NCBI GenBank assembly: GCA_947626795.1
Contig: CANQTH010000001.1
Coordinates: forward strand, 37,554 to 101,553
DNA length: 64,000 nt
Direction: 5' to 3'
Source: an uncultured Lachnospiraceae bacterium
GTDB taxonomy: Bacteria > Bacillota > Clostridia > Lachnospirales > Lachnospiraceae
The notes below the pieces were generated by a model that was not told where the DNA came from, ran no database searches, and saw only the letters and a program-made list of their open reading frames with translations. This document shows, piece after piece, positions 36,731-46,456 of the stretch. A program made the translations under genes and the position numbers. The first letter of the stretch is position 1. Each line of letters opens with the position of its first letter.

Positions 36731-39265
36731 TCAGAACGACAGTTCCGTGCGGTGGATCAGATCCATCTGCAGCGGCTTCCCAAGCTCCACGAAGTACGCG
36801 CTGTACCCGGCCACGCGCACCAGCATATCCTTGTAATCCTCCGGTTTTTTCATCGCCGCCCGCATCATCTCGCTGCTCATGATGTTAAACTGGCAATGCA
36901 TCGCCTTCTTGGAAAAATAAGCCCCGATGAAGCCGACCAGGTTCTCGCGGCCTTCCTCCCCCGCGACGCATTCCGGCGGGAATTTCCAGTTCAGGAGCGT
37001 CCCGTTCGTCGCGAGGCTGTGATCCACCTTCGTGACGGAATTGGCGATCGCGGTCGGGCCGCTGATATCGTGGGACGCCATCTGCGTATGCACCGGCCCC
37101 ATATTGTCGGACAGCGGCTCCCCGGCTTTCCGCCCGTCCAAAGAAGCGGCCAGATCCATGCCAAGGCTCACGTTGGCGTTCACCGTATAGACGCCCGGGC
37201 AGAACGTCCCCCCGCGCGGGTTCTTCCTGTTCGAGACGTTCCTGCAGTAGCAATTGAACACTTCCTGGAACAGCTCGTCCGCGTAGTCGTCGTCGTTTCC
37301 GTAATGATGGACTTTTCCGCTGTTCACCAGCGCATAGAGGACGTCATGCCCTTCCCAGTTGTCCGCGATCGCCTGCATCAGCTCTTCCCCGGTATACTTC
37401 TTCTCGTCAAACACCAACTGCTTGATCGTGGAGAGGGCGTCCGCGCAAGTGCCGATGCCGCTCGCCTGCGGCCCTGTGAAATTGTATCTCGCGCCGCCTT
37501 CCCCCAGATCTTTCCCCTGCTGCATACATCCCTCAAAGAAGGCGGAAGCATACGGGATCGGCTTTAATTTCCGATGCGCCTCGTCAATGAGGTTAATGCC
37601 CTCGCACATCAGCCCCGTCCAATAATTCACCTGCCGGTCAAAGCTTGCGAGGACTTCCTCCATGCTCTTGCATTCCGTCAGCCTCCCGGTGTCCGGCCCT
37701 AAGGATTTTCCGGCCCCGGCGCACTGCGCGTAGCGCGGGCAGCCGCTCCCGCAGCCGATGCACCGCCCGCCGTTTAACGCAAGCTCCAGCACTTTTGCGA
37801 GGTTCATGTAAGCGGCGTCGTGAAGCCCGTATTCCTGCCCTGCCAGATCCGGCTCCACGCAGCCGACCACTTCGTAATTCCTGGCTTCTTCCAGGCTCAT
37901 CCCCTTGCGCCGCATGGCCTCGATCGCCGCGTCGTCGTTGAACAGCTTCGGATGCCCGTACCCGGCGCGGATGCATTCCACGGCCTTCACGCGAAGCTCG
38001 CGGGGCGTCCCCTTATGCATTCGGACGCAGAGCCACGGGTTCATCATCCGCGTATGGACGGAAGCCTCCAGCATCATGAACGTAAGGTCGTTCGTCACGT
38101 CATTCCCGTTCTCGTTCACGCCGCCGATCGTCAGGGACTCCCCGCCCCAGCCGCGGCCGTTGCGCACCCGCACGGTCATCCTGTCCTTGAGCTTGGACGG
38201 GTTGCCCATCTTCACATACGCGCATTCCAGCAGCTCCTGGGCAAATTCCTTCGAGATCTCATGGTTCTCGATATCCTGCTCATAATAAGGATACAGCCAT
38301 TGGTCCATCCGCCCGTAGGACACGGAATGCCCGTTCGACTCAATGAGCGTGATCGTCGTCGCGAAATGCCAAAGCTGGATCGCCTGCCACATGGTGGCCG
38401 CCGGGCCGCCCGCGATCTGCCTGCAGTTCTCCGCGATCTGCAAAAGCTCCATCTTCCGCTTCGGGTCCTGCTCCTCTACGCTCTGCAAAAGTGCCAGCGG
38501 CACAAACCGCTTGATGTAATCGCAGGACGCCTGAAGCTCCATTTCCATCGCCTCGTAAAATTCCTTCTTTTCTAAGTATTCCGGGCTTTCCAACTGGCCG
38601 GAGGCCTCCGCCTCCCGCCGGGCCGCCGCGAGATTCTCCTTCGCCTCCGCGATCAGCCCCTGGTAGCCGACGCGCAAAAGCTTCTCATAATCCATGACAA
38701 AATGCCCGATCCCGCCGAAATGGTAGAGGTTCGTCATATAAACGCGCTTCCCCATCTCGCTGCCTTTCCGATGTTCTTCGTCCATCGCGGCCTCCACGGC
38801 GTCCGCCACGGTCTTCCCGCGCCAAAATTCCAAAAGCCCCAGCAATTCCTCCCTGTCTTCCTCCGTGATATAAAACTTGTCATGCTCGCGCTGGTCGAAC
38901 GGATGGTGCAGCAGCTCGTCAATGATCCATTCCACGGAAAACTCCGGGTAAATGGGGGCCGCCTTCGCCGGAGCCGCGAGCTCCCCGACGATCAGCTCAT
39001 CGTCATAGATCTGGATCTCCACATTTTCCAGGATATTCTTTAAGGCATACGCCGTCTTCATCTTCGGGGACGCGTCAGGATGCTCCTGATAAGCCTGCGT
39101 GACCAGGCGCGCCCGCTGGATGTCTATGTTGAATTTCCGGTCCAGGAACACGCTCCGCAAGCGGTTCACCCGCTCGTACGGGGAAAAATCGTCATGCCCT
39201 ACCCTGTATCCCACGCCATAATTCATATCATACGGCTCTGTGCCGCAAGGATGCTTCTTACTCAT
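36731..39265 (-). CDS. Glycyl-radical enzyme, diol-dehydratase-like clade (not PFL)
   Basis: Gly loop RVAGYSAYF; single-Cys loop VGCVEP; ESNGHS, GLHD, GIGH and PGVY motifs. Confidence 0.88.
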   Translation of the reverse strand: MSKKHPCGTEPYDMNYGVGYRVGHDDFSPYERVNRLRSVFLDRKFNIDIQRARLVTQAYQEHPDASPKMKTAYALKNILENVEIQIYDDELIVGELAAPAKAAPIYPEFSVEWIIDELLHHPFDQREHDKFYITEEDREELLGLLEFWRGKTVADAVEAAMDEEHRKGSEMGKRVYMTNLYHFGGIGHFVMDYEKLLRVGYQGLIAEAKENLAAARREAEASGQLESPEYLEKKEFYEAMEMELQASCDYIKRFVPLALLQSVEEQDPKRKMELLQIAENCRQIAGGPAATMWQAIQLWHFATTITLIESNGHSVSYGRMDQWLYPYYEQDIENHEISKEFAQELLECAYVKMGNPSKLKDRMTVRVRNGRGWGGESLTIGGVNENGNDVTNDLTFMMLEASVHTRMMNPWLCVRMHKGTPRELRVKAVECIRAGYGHPKLFNDDAAIEAMRRKGMSLEEARNYEVVGCVEPDLAGQEYGLHDAAYMNLAKVLELALNGGRCIGCGSGCPRYAQCAGAGKSLGPDTGRLTECKSMEEVLASFDRQVNYWTGLMCEGINLIDEAHRKLKPIPYASAFFEGCMQQGKDLGEGGARYNFTGPQASGIGTCADALSTIKQLVFDEKKYTGEELMQAIADNWEGHDVLYALVNSGKVHHYGNDDDYADELFQEVFNCYCRNVSNRKNPRGGTFCPGVYTVNANVSLGMDLAASLDGRKAGEPLSDNMGPVHTQMASHDISGPTAIANSVTKVDHSLATNGTLLNWKFPPECVAGEEGRENLVGFIGAYFSKKAMHCQFNIMSSEMMRAAMKKPEDYKDMLVRVAGYSAYFVELGKPLQMDLIHRTELSF

Positions 39266-40223
39266 CTTTTTTACCCTCCTTCGTGGTCGTTCCGGCAATG
39301 CACGGGATGCCCCGGCGATTAAAATATGCCGCGAATCCTTTCACTTTCTCGCTGAATTTATCTTTATCCACCTCTATGCCCTCCATCGGGTAGGGGATGC
39401 ACAAAGAAGCGTACTTCTCTTCCCCCAGGCGCATAAATTCCAATAATTGGAGCTGCAGGATCTTCCCTTCCAGCTTCCCGCAGAGGAAATCCGCCGTAGC
39501 TTCCATGTTTTCCTCCGCGTCGTTGACCCCCGGTATCACGGGAATCCGCAAAATGAGCGGCTTTCCCGCCCGCGTCAGCCTCTCGATGTTCTCCAGGATC
39601 CGTTCGTTCCCAATCCCGGTATATTTCTTATGGACCGCCGAGTCCATATGCTTCACATCCGAGATGTACAGGTCCGTGACCGGAAGCGTCCGCGCGACCA
39701 CGTCCCATTCCGGGCAGAGCGTCGTCTCCAGGCAGGTATGGACGCCTTCTTTTTTGCATTCCTCAAACAGCCCCGCGACAAATCCCGCCTGCAGGAGCGG
39801 CTCGCCCCCGGATACCGTGACGCCGCCGCCGGAGTTCTTATAATAAGGAATGTCTTTCCTTATCACCTCCATCGCTTCCGCCACCGTGATCTTCTTCCCC
39901 CACTGCTTGATGGCGTCCGCCGGGCAGGCCTCCGCGCACTTCACGCAGTTAGCGCACCGTTCCTTTTCTATGGCGGCCAGCTTCCCGTCCCGGAACAGGA
40001 GCGCCCCCTGGCCGCATTGCTTCACGCAGCTGCCGCATTTGTCAAGCCCTAAGCATTTTGAAGGATAGATCCCCGCCTGTATGTAAGGCTTGTGGCTTTC
40101 CGGGTTCCCGCACCACTTACAGCTTAGCGGGCATCCTTTTAAGAAAAGCTCCGTCCGGATCCCCGGCCCGTCGTGTATCGTATAACGCTGCACATTGAAC
40201 ACAATTCCCGTTTCCTGCTCCAT
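39258..40223 (-). CDS. GRE activating enzyme (radical SAM with ferredoxin insert)
   Basis: HDGPGIRT, CPLSCKWC, two extra CxxCxxC-type clusters, SGGEPLLQ; overlaps the GRE start. Confidence 0.93.
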   Translation of the reverse strand: MEQETGIVFNVQRYTIHDGPGIRTELFLKGCPLSCKWCGNPESHKPYIQAGIYPSKCLGLDKCGSCVKQCGQGALLFRDGKLAAIEKERCANCVKCAEACPADAIKQWGKKITVAEAMEVIRKDIPYYKNSGGGVTVSGGEPLLQAGFVAGLFEECKKEGVHTCLETTLCPEWDVVARTLPVTDLYISDVKHMDSAVHKKYTGIGNERILENIERLTRAGKPLILRIPVIPGVNDAEENMEATADFLCGKLEGKILQLQLLEFMRLGEEKYASLCIPYPMEGIEVDKDKFSEKVKGFAAYFNRRGIPCIAGTTTKEGKKDE

Positions 40224-40332
40224 ATCCCACTCCCATCCGGCTTAGTCCCGCGGGCATATGCCCCGCGCGGGTATGATCAACATTAGCTGCCATCCTCATG
40301 CTTTTGTTTTTTCATATCATGATGTCGTAATG

Positions 40333-40460
40333 GAATTAAACCACAAAAATTTTGCATTGTTATTCCGTATCAGAATTAAAATTTGAGAATTTTGTGTGAT
40401 TATTCCGTTACAGAATTAAAAACACGAATTTTTTTGTTTTAATTCCGTATTAGAATTATA
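40333..40460. promoter_or_regulatory. 40-bp-periodic operator-like array between the divergent GRE and ABC operons
   Basis: (T/A)ATTC-N7-GAATT at 40361, 40401 and 40441, plus an in-phase GAATT at 40333. Confidence 0.55.
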
Positions 40461-40521
40461 ATTCAAATTAACCGTGCTATTTTACAACTCGTAATCAAAT
40501 TTCACAAACAGGAGGTATAAG

Positions 40522-41286
40522 ATGTTGGAAGATTCGATCAAAAAAGTAGGTTATGCCGCAGAGTACCTTGCGCTTACCGCCGCGATCCTGGCGTTATGGT
40601 TTTTCCTGGACGTGCATGGGGACTTAAATCCCGTCATCATGCCGTCGCCTTCCAAAGTGGCCGATACGCTCGGCTCGCTGATCGGGAAAGGCGCTTTATG
40701 GGGGGATCTGCTGATCAGCGTCGGGCGTGTGCTGAAAGGATATCTCATCGCCGCGTCGCTCGGCATCGTGCTTGGCATCCTGATCGGCCTTTCCAAGCAT
40801 CTGGAGCGTTTTACGAACCTGCTCGTGCAGCTCATAAAGCCGATCCCGCCGATCGCATGGATCCCTCTTGTCATCCTCTGGTTCGGCATCGGGGAAAGCG
40901 GAAAAATCTTCCTGATTTTTCTTGGAGGTTTTTTCACCATACTAATTAATGTAATTGATGGGATCCGGCAGGCGGACCCGAAGCTGATCGAGGTTTCCGC
41001 CTCGATGGAGACGCCGCTTTTAAAGCACATCTTCCTTATGGTAATCCCAAGCGCGGCCCCGAGCATCTTCACCGGCCTGCGCACGGGGCTAAGCTCCTGC
41101 TGGATGTGCGTGGTGGCCGCGGAGCTGGTTTCCTCCAGCACAGGCCTTGGCTACCTGATCATGAACGCGCGGCAGTTCGGGCGGACGGACGTCGTCCTCA
41201 TCGGGATGCTGACGATCGGCATCATCGGGAAGATCATGGATTCCCTTTTGAAAGTCGCAGAAAAATCAGTCATTCGTTGGAATTAG
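40522..41286 (+). CDS. ABC permease, SsuC/TauC family
   Basis: KPIPPIAWIPLVILWFGIGE, WMCVVAAELV..GLGYLI. Confidence 0.9.
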   Translation: MLEDSIKKVGYAAEYLALTAAILALWFFLDVHGDLNPVIMPSPSKVADTLGSLIGKGALWGDLLISVGRVLKGYLIAASLGIVLGILIGLSKHLERFTNLLVQLIKPIPPIAWIPLVILWFGIGESGKIFLIFLGGFFTILINVIDGIRQADPKLIEVSASMETPLLKHIFLMVIPSAAPSIFTGLRTGLSSCWMCVVAAELVSSSTGLGYLIMNARQFGRTDVVLIGMLTIGIIGKIMDSLLKVAEKSVIRWN

Positions 41287-41298
41287 GAGGGATTGAAG

Positions 41299-42147
41299 AT
41301 GAAGATCACAGAAATACAGAGCGCGAAAGCGTCAGAGGCACGGCAAAACGACAGCTACATATCCGTGAAGAACCTAAGCAAGTATTTTGAGCGCAAAGGC
41401 GAAAGCCTCCATGTGCTGGACAACATTTCCTTTCAGGTAAAGAAGGGGGAGACGGTCTGCATCGTGGGCGCGAGCGGATGCGGGAAAAGCACGCTCCTGC
41501 GTGCGATCGCGGGGCTGGACGCCAACCATGACGGCATCGTCACCGTAGACGGGGCCGACGTCACGAACCCGGCGAAGGAGCGGGGCATGGTCTTCCAGGA
41601 ACACCGCCTCTTCCCCTGGCTCACAGTCGAGCAGAACATTGGCTACGCCTTAAACGGCGTGAGCAAGGAAGAGCGCAGGCGGCTCGTCCACGAGCATGTC
41701 AAGCTCGTCGGGCTGCGCGGATTTGAGAAAGTCTATCCCAGGCAGCTTTCCGGCGGCATGGCGCAGCGCGCGGGCATCGCGCGGGCCCTGGTGAACAATC
41801 CCTCCGTCCTGCTCTTAGACGAGCCGTTCGGGGCGCTGGACACATTCACCAAGATCTCCATGCAAAAAGAGCTGAAAAACATCCAAAAACAGTCGCACAC
41901 GACCATGATCCTGGTGACGCACGACATCGACGAGGCCGTATTTTTGGCGGACCGGATCTTCGTCCTGTCCGCAAGGCCCGGGAAGATCAAACGCATCGTC
42001 CCCGTCACCCTGCCGGAGCCGCGCGACCGCAACAGCTATGAATTCCTGGAGATCCGCAAGACGATCTACGACGAGTTTTTCGCGGAAGGACAGGATTTAG
42101 AAGTTCCAAAAGGAAAACGGAAAAAACCCCGCATCAGCGTGGGTTAA
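41299..42147 (+). CDS. ABC ATPase, SsuB/TauB family
   Basis: GASGCGKST, FQEHRLFPW, LSGGMAQR, LLDEPFGALD. Confidence 0.92.
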   Translation: MKITEIQSAKASEARQNDSYISVKNLSKYFERKGESLHVLDNISFQVKKGETVCIVGASGCGKSTLLRAIAGLDANHDGIVTVDGADVTNPAKERGMVFQEHRLFPWLTVEQNIGYALNGVSKEERRRLVHEHVKLVGLRGFEKVYPRQLSGGMAQRAGIARALVNNPSVLLLDEPFGALDTFTKISMQKELKNIQKQSHTTMILVTHDIDEAVFLADRIFVLSARPGKIKRIVPVTLPEPRDRNSYEFLEIRKTIYDEFFAEGQDLEVPKGKRKKPRISVG

Positions 42148-42171
42148 TATACAAGAAAAGGAGATATCATC

Positions 42172-43221
42172 ATGAAAAAAAGATTTTTAGCAACCGTAAT
42201 GGCAGTCATCCTCGGAGCGTCCGCCCTCGCGGGCTGCGGCAATGATTCCGGCGGCAATTCCGGAACGAACGCGGGAAGCGCAGATACCGAAGAAAGCGCG
42301 GACGCGAAAGGCGACCGGGAGGTGCGGATCGCCATCCAGCCTTCCGCTGCTTTTATCCCGCTCTATGTCGCGCGGGAAAGCGGCTGGATCGAAGAAGCCC
42401 TCTCCGACCTGGGCGTCACCGTCACCTGGAACGATTTTGAATCCGGCCCGCCTATGAACGAGTCGCTCTCTTCCGGGGCTTCCGACATCGGCGTGATGGG
42501 CGACGTCCCGACCGTATCCGGCATCGCGGCCGGGCAGGAATCCGAGATCGTGGCGATCGCGGCCGACGGCCCGCTCTCTTACGCAATGCTCGTAAGCAAG
42601 GATTCCGACCTTGAATCCCCGGCGGACTTAGCCGGGAAGACCATCGGCGTGACGCTTGGCTCTACCGGGCATAACCTGGCGGACAAGCTGCTCACGAAGG
42701 CAGGCCTGGACATCAATTCCGACGTTGAGCTTGTCAACATCGCTACCGGGGACGCGGCCTCCGTCCTTTCGACCGGGGAAGTGGACGCCGTCTGCATCTG
42801 GGAGCCGAACGTGACAAGGCTGGTAGAGGACGGCACAGCAAAGATCATCGGGGACGGCTCCGAATGCGGCCTGCTTGGGGTAAACCCGATCATCGCGAGG
42901 GCTGAATACGCCCAGGAGAACGCGGACGTCATCGAGGCCATCATCGAGCAGTACGCAAGGGCTGCAGCTTCCTTGGACAACCTGGACGACGACGTGAAGG
43001 CGAAAGTGTCCGACTACCTCTCCCTTGAGCCGGATCAGCTTTCAAAAGTGATCGAGAAATACGAGTACAACGTCGTATTCTCTGACGCGGATACGGAGAA
43101 CCTCCAGGATACGATCTCCTTCCTGGTAAAGATCGGGAACCTGGAAGAGGAATACGACATCGAGCCTTACGTGAAGAAAGAGTATACGGAAAACGCGGAC
43201 ATCTCCGAATATATAAAGTAA
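42172..43221 (+). CDS. Aliphatic-sulfonate-type substrate-binding lipoprotein (SsuA-like)
   Basis: Lipobox LAGC; FESGPPMNE, DIGVMGDVP, WEP. Confidence 0.85.
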   Translation: MKKRFLATVMAVILGASALAGCGNDSGGNSGTNAGSADTEESADAKGDREVRIAIQPSAAFIPLYVARESGWIEEALSDLGVTVTWNDFESGPPMNESLSSGASDIGVMGDVPTVSGIAAGQESEIVAIAADGPLSYAMLVSKDSDLESPADLAGKTIGVTLGSTGHNLADKLLTKAGLDINSDVELVNIATGDAASVLSTGEVDAVCIWEPNVTRLVEDGTAKIIGDGSECGLLGVNPIIARAEYAQENADVIEAIIEQYARAAASLDNLDDDVKAKVSDYLSLEPDQLSKVIEKYEYNVVFSDADTENLQDTISFLVKIGNLEEEYDIEPYVKKEYTENADISEYIK

Positions 43222-43287
43222 AAACCGATAAAGAAACATTTACAAACATTCCATTATCATGTATGATGTATCGTGGAAAATGGGGGT

Positions 43288-43348
43288 AACAGTTCAGTCT
43301 CACAGTTACGGACTTTGCGGTAAGTGCAAATTCCCGGGCTGAACTGTT
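43288..43348. repeat. REP-like structured intergenic element, copy B
   Basis: Core shared with 15488-15525; outer IR AACAGTTCAG/CTGAACTGTT. Confidence 0.55.
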
Positions 43349-43399
43349 GCGAAAAAGAGGCTTCCATTGGCAGCCTTGAAAAACCAAAAGGAGGACGTT

Positions 43400-44494
43400 A
43401 TGAAGAACAAATTTGTAAAGACACTTGCCATCTGCCTTGGCTTTTCGCTCCTTGCAGCAGGATGCGGGAACAGCGGGCAAAACAACCAGTCCGCAAATGG
43501 GACGGAGCAGGATGAAGCCGCGAATGAAAACGCGCAGGAAGAAACCGCGAATGAAAACGCGCAGGAAGAAACCGCGGATGAAAACACGGAAGGCGACGCG
43601 GGGGACGCGAGCCTCAACATCGCATACCAGTACGGCTTAGCTTACGCGCCTGTCGGCCTGATGAAAGAACAAGGACTGATCGAGAAGACATATGAGGAAG
43701 AAACCGGGAAGAAAGTAACCGTCACCTGGACGCAGATGAGTTCCGGCGCGGACATCAATACCGGGATTTCCGGCGGAAGCTTAAACGTCGGCTTCATGGG
43801 CGTCGGGCCTGCCGTCACCGGGGTCACGAAAGGGGTTGGATACAAGATTTTCTCCAACGTCTCCGGGCAGGAACACGGACTTATGACAAACGATGAGAGC
43901 ATCCAGTCCTTTGACGACCTGATCGGCAGCGACCACCAGATCGCGCTTGTCAACATCGGATCTTTCCAGCATATCATCCTGGCCCTGGCTTTGGAAAACG
44001 CAGGCTACGACCCGCACGCGCTGGATTCCAACATCGTCGCGATGGCGCATCCGGACGGCATGTCGGCCTTAGAAAGCGGTAACATTTCCTGCCACCTGAC
44101 CTCCAGCCCTTATATTTTTGAGGAACGCGGGGAAGAGAACCTGCATGAGATCAAAGACGTCTCTGACGCGTGGGGCGTGGACGGCTCCTTTATCGTAGGC
44201 GTGGCTTCCGAAACGCTGCACGACAACGATCCGGAGCTTTACCAGGCATTGTGCGACGCTTTGAAAGAAGCGATCGATATGCTGAACAACAGCCCGGAAG
44301 AAGCGGCGAAGATCACCTGCGAGTTTGACGGGAACAGCGAAGGAGACGAGCTGGCATATATTAAGGAAAGCAATTACACGGTCGAGACAAAAGGCTTGTT
44401 TGAGCTGGCGTCCTTCATGGCCCGGAACAACTTTATCGACACTACGCCGAACGCTTATGAGGATCTTGTCTTCGATAACGTGACCGGGGACTGA
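43400..44494 (+). CDS. Second NitT/TauT-type substrate-binding lipoprotein
   Basis: Lipobox AAGC; IAYQYGLAYAP, AMAHPD; GGAGG RBS. Confidence 0.82.
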   Translation: MKNKFVKTLAICLGFSLLAAGCGNSGQNNQSANGTEQDEAANENAQEETANENAQEETADENTEGDAGDASLNIAYQYGLAYAPVGLMKEQGLIEKTYEEETGKKVTVTWTQMSSGADINTGISGGSLNVGFMGVGPAVTGVTKGVGYKIFSNVSGQEHGLMTNDESIQSFDDLIGSDHQIALVNIGSFQHIILALALENAGYDPHALDSNIVAMAHPDGMSALESGNISCHLTSSPYIFEERGEENLHEIKDVSDAWGVDGSFIVGVASETLHDNDPELYQALCDALKEAIDMLNNSPEEAAKITCEFDGNSEGDELAYIKESNYTVETKGLFELASFMARNNFIDTTPNAYEDLVFDNVTGD

Positions 44495-44594
44495 CCCAAA
44501 GCGGTTAGGATTACGAGAGCATAAAAAGTTATCTTTAACATTTGAACTGTGCCGTCACGGCACGCAATCCCTTTTCATTATCTTTTTCTAACAG

Positions 44595-44626
44595 GCGGCA
44601 GGAATGAGAAAACCTGCCGCTTTTTT
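44595..44626 (+). terminator. Intrinsic terminator
   Basis: GCGGCAGG-10 nt-CCTGCCGC-TTTTTT. Confidence 0.75.
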
Positions 44627-44659
44627 AAATGAATGAGGTCACAAATTGTGACTTCAAAG

Positions 44660-44756
44660 AGCTGACAGAGCGGAATATGGGGCAATAATCATTGCGAAAT
44701 TAGCCAAAAAAATTGACTGCAGAATACGGAAAAGGTTTTACCAAAACTAATTTATA
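44660..44756 (+). pseudogene. DUF1016/YhcG N-terminal fragment (frameshifted)
   Basis: RAEYGAIIIAKLAKK / LTAEYGKGFTKTNLY with a shift in an A7 run; cut by the IS end. Confidence 0.65.
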
Positions 44757-44864
44757 TAGTGTCTGCTGATTGACGCTGTAACACTTGATTTTACTGACTT
44801 TTTGACACTAAGTAAATTTCATAGAAGTGGAAGATATTGAAAATAGCCAATATATTATCTATAA

Positions 44865-44901
44865 TTGACAAAATCCGTATTTTTAGATAAAATATTATCT
44901 A
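44865..44901 (+). promoter_or_regulatory. sigma-A promoter and palindromic operator; probably a leaderless transcript
   Basis: TTGACA-17-TAAAAT ends 7 nt before the ATG; TAGATAA-AATA-TTATCTA overlaps the -10 and start. Confidence 0.65.
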
Positions 44902-45188
44902 TGAATGCGGATTTTTTATTTTTTAAAACACCAAATGAAATACAAAAGATGATAGCTTCCAATGAAAGAAAATGCAGAAAGGCGGCAAAGCTAACACAGG
45001 AACAATTGAGCGAGAAATCGGGTGTTAGTCTTGGGTCTTTAAAACGCTTTGAAACAACAGGTGAGATTTCCTTACATTCTTTGTTGAAACTTGCAGTGGT
45101 ATTGGAGCAAGAAAGAGAATTTATGGAATTGTTTGAAAAAAAGCAGTACAACTCAATACAGGAGGTTATTGATGAACAGAATTCATAA
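44901..45188 (+). CDS. XRE HTH antitoxin (HipB-like)
   Basis: RKAAKLTQEQLSEKSGVSLGSLKRFETTG; overlaps the hipA start. Confidence 0.85.
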   Translation: MNADFLFFKTPNEIQKMIASNERKCRKAAKLTQEQLSEKSGVSLGSLKRFETTGEISLHSLLKLAVVLEQEREFMELFEKKQYNSIQEVIDEQNS

Positions 45189-46314
45189 ATTGGATGTATT
45201 CTATCATAATCGCAAGGTGGGAACCCTTGCAACGACAAAGGACAAGAGAATAGCTTTTTCCTATGATGCAGAGTGGCTAGCGCAAGGCTTTATAATAAGT
45301 CCTTTTAGTTTGCCTTTAAAGAGAGAAGTTTTTATTCCTAGAATGGAACCCTTTGAGGGAGTATACGGAGTATTTGCAGATAGTCTGCCGGATGGCTGGG
45401 GACGCTTGCTATTAGACCGTTTTTTGGTGCAGCAGGGAGAAAATCCTGCTAGTGTAGATAACTTGACCAGACTTGCAATTGTGGGGAGTGTAGGCTTAGG
45501 CGCCTTAGAATATCGTCCGTCCATGGAGATGGAACAGCAGCGGCAGGAAGAAGACTGGGATACTCTTTCAGAAAAATGTCATAAGGTATTGCAGTCGGAA
45601 TATGTGGAGAACTTGGATGAACTGGTGGCGCTAGGGGGGTCTTCTGGAGGTGCCAGACCTAAGGTTATGACAAAATATAAGGGAGAAGAGTGGATTATCA
45701 AGTTTCCGGCTACTATGGATAGAGAGGATATTGGAGAACTGGAATATCGGTATAACTGTTGTGCAAAGAAGTGTGGAATAGAGGTTGCGGAAACACGGTT
45801 ATTTGAATCAAAGAAGTGTAGCGGTTACTTTGGAACAAAGCGTTTTGACCGGATATATGATGAACAGGGGAAAGAACAAAAGATTCATATGATTTCTGTA
45901 AGTGCAGTGTTGGAAACATCACATAGGATTCCAAATCTTGATTATCATATATTGATGAAATTAACATTGGAGCTGACAAAGGACTATCAAGAAGTAGAGA
46001 AGATGTTTCGATGGATGTGCTTTAATGTGTTTGCTCATAATCGTGATGATCATTCTAAAAATTTTTCCTATTTATACGATGAAAAGAAGGGGCAGTATGT
46101 GCTGTCTCCGGCATATGACTTAACGTACAGCAATTCAATTGGAGGAGAACACGCAACATGTGTCAATGGAAATGGTGTAAATCCTGGAATAAGTGACATT
46201 CTTGCGGTTGCAAAGGGGATTGGTATTGCGGGTGAAAAAGCAAGGAACATTGCAAGAGAAATACAAGAAATTGTACAAAATGAATTAGGGGATGTGCAAA
46301 GACTTGGTAGTTAG
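45172..46314 (+). CDS. hipA: HipA-family kinase toxin
   Basis: DSLPDGWG, SSGGARPK, NRDDHSKNFS, LSPAYD. Confidence 0.9.
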   Translation: MNRIHKLDVFYHNRKVGTLATTKDKRIAFSYDAEWLAQGFIISPFSLPLKREVFIPRMEPFEGVYGVFADSLPDGWGRLLLDRFLVQQGENPASVDNLTRLAIVGSVGLGALEYRPSMEMEQQRQEEDWDTLSEKCHKVLQSEYVENLDELVALGGSSGGARPKVMTKYKGEEWIIKFPATMDREDIGELEYRYNCCAKKCGIEVAETRLFESKKCSGYFGTKRFDRIYDEQGKEQKIHMISVSAVLETSHRIPNLDYHILMKLTLELTKDYQEVEKMFRWMCFNVFAHNRDDHSKNFSYLYDEKKGQYVLSPAYDLTYSNSIGGEHATCVNGNGVNPGISDILAVAKGIGIAGEKARNIAREIQEIVQNELGDVQRLGS

Positions 46315-46456
46315 TGTCTGCTGATTGACGCTGTAACACTTGATTTTACTGACTTTTTACATGAAATCTGGTATAATATTTGCAAGGGTTTCAGCAAAAT
46401 AGAATCATTTTCCTTGTAGGTTTTCAAAGAATCTCACGAGCAGAGGGGCAAAAACC

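Noticed and set aside
36731-39265. Pyruvate formate-lyase or choline TMA-lyase CutC
   Set aside because: Single Cys (GCVEP) excludes PFL. RVAGYSAYF is shared with CutC, but the PEFS..W, ESNGHS and HD motifs fit diol dehydratases better and no BMC genes are present.
43290-43350. c-di-GMP-I or c-di-AMP riboswitch upstream of SBP2
   Set aside because: CGCAAAG and GCTGAA fragments are present, but the required architecture is not, and the same core occurs at 15488 in a different context.
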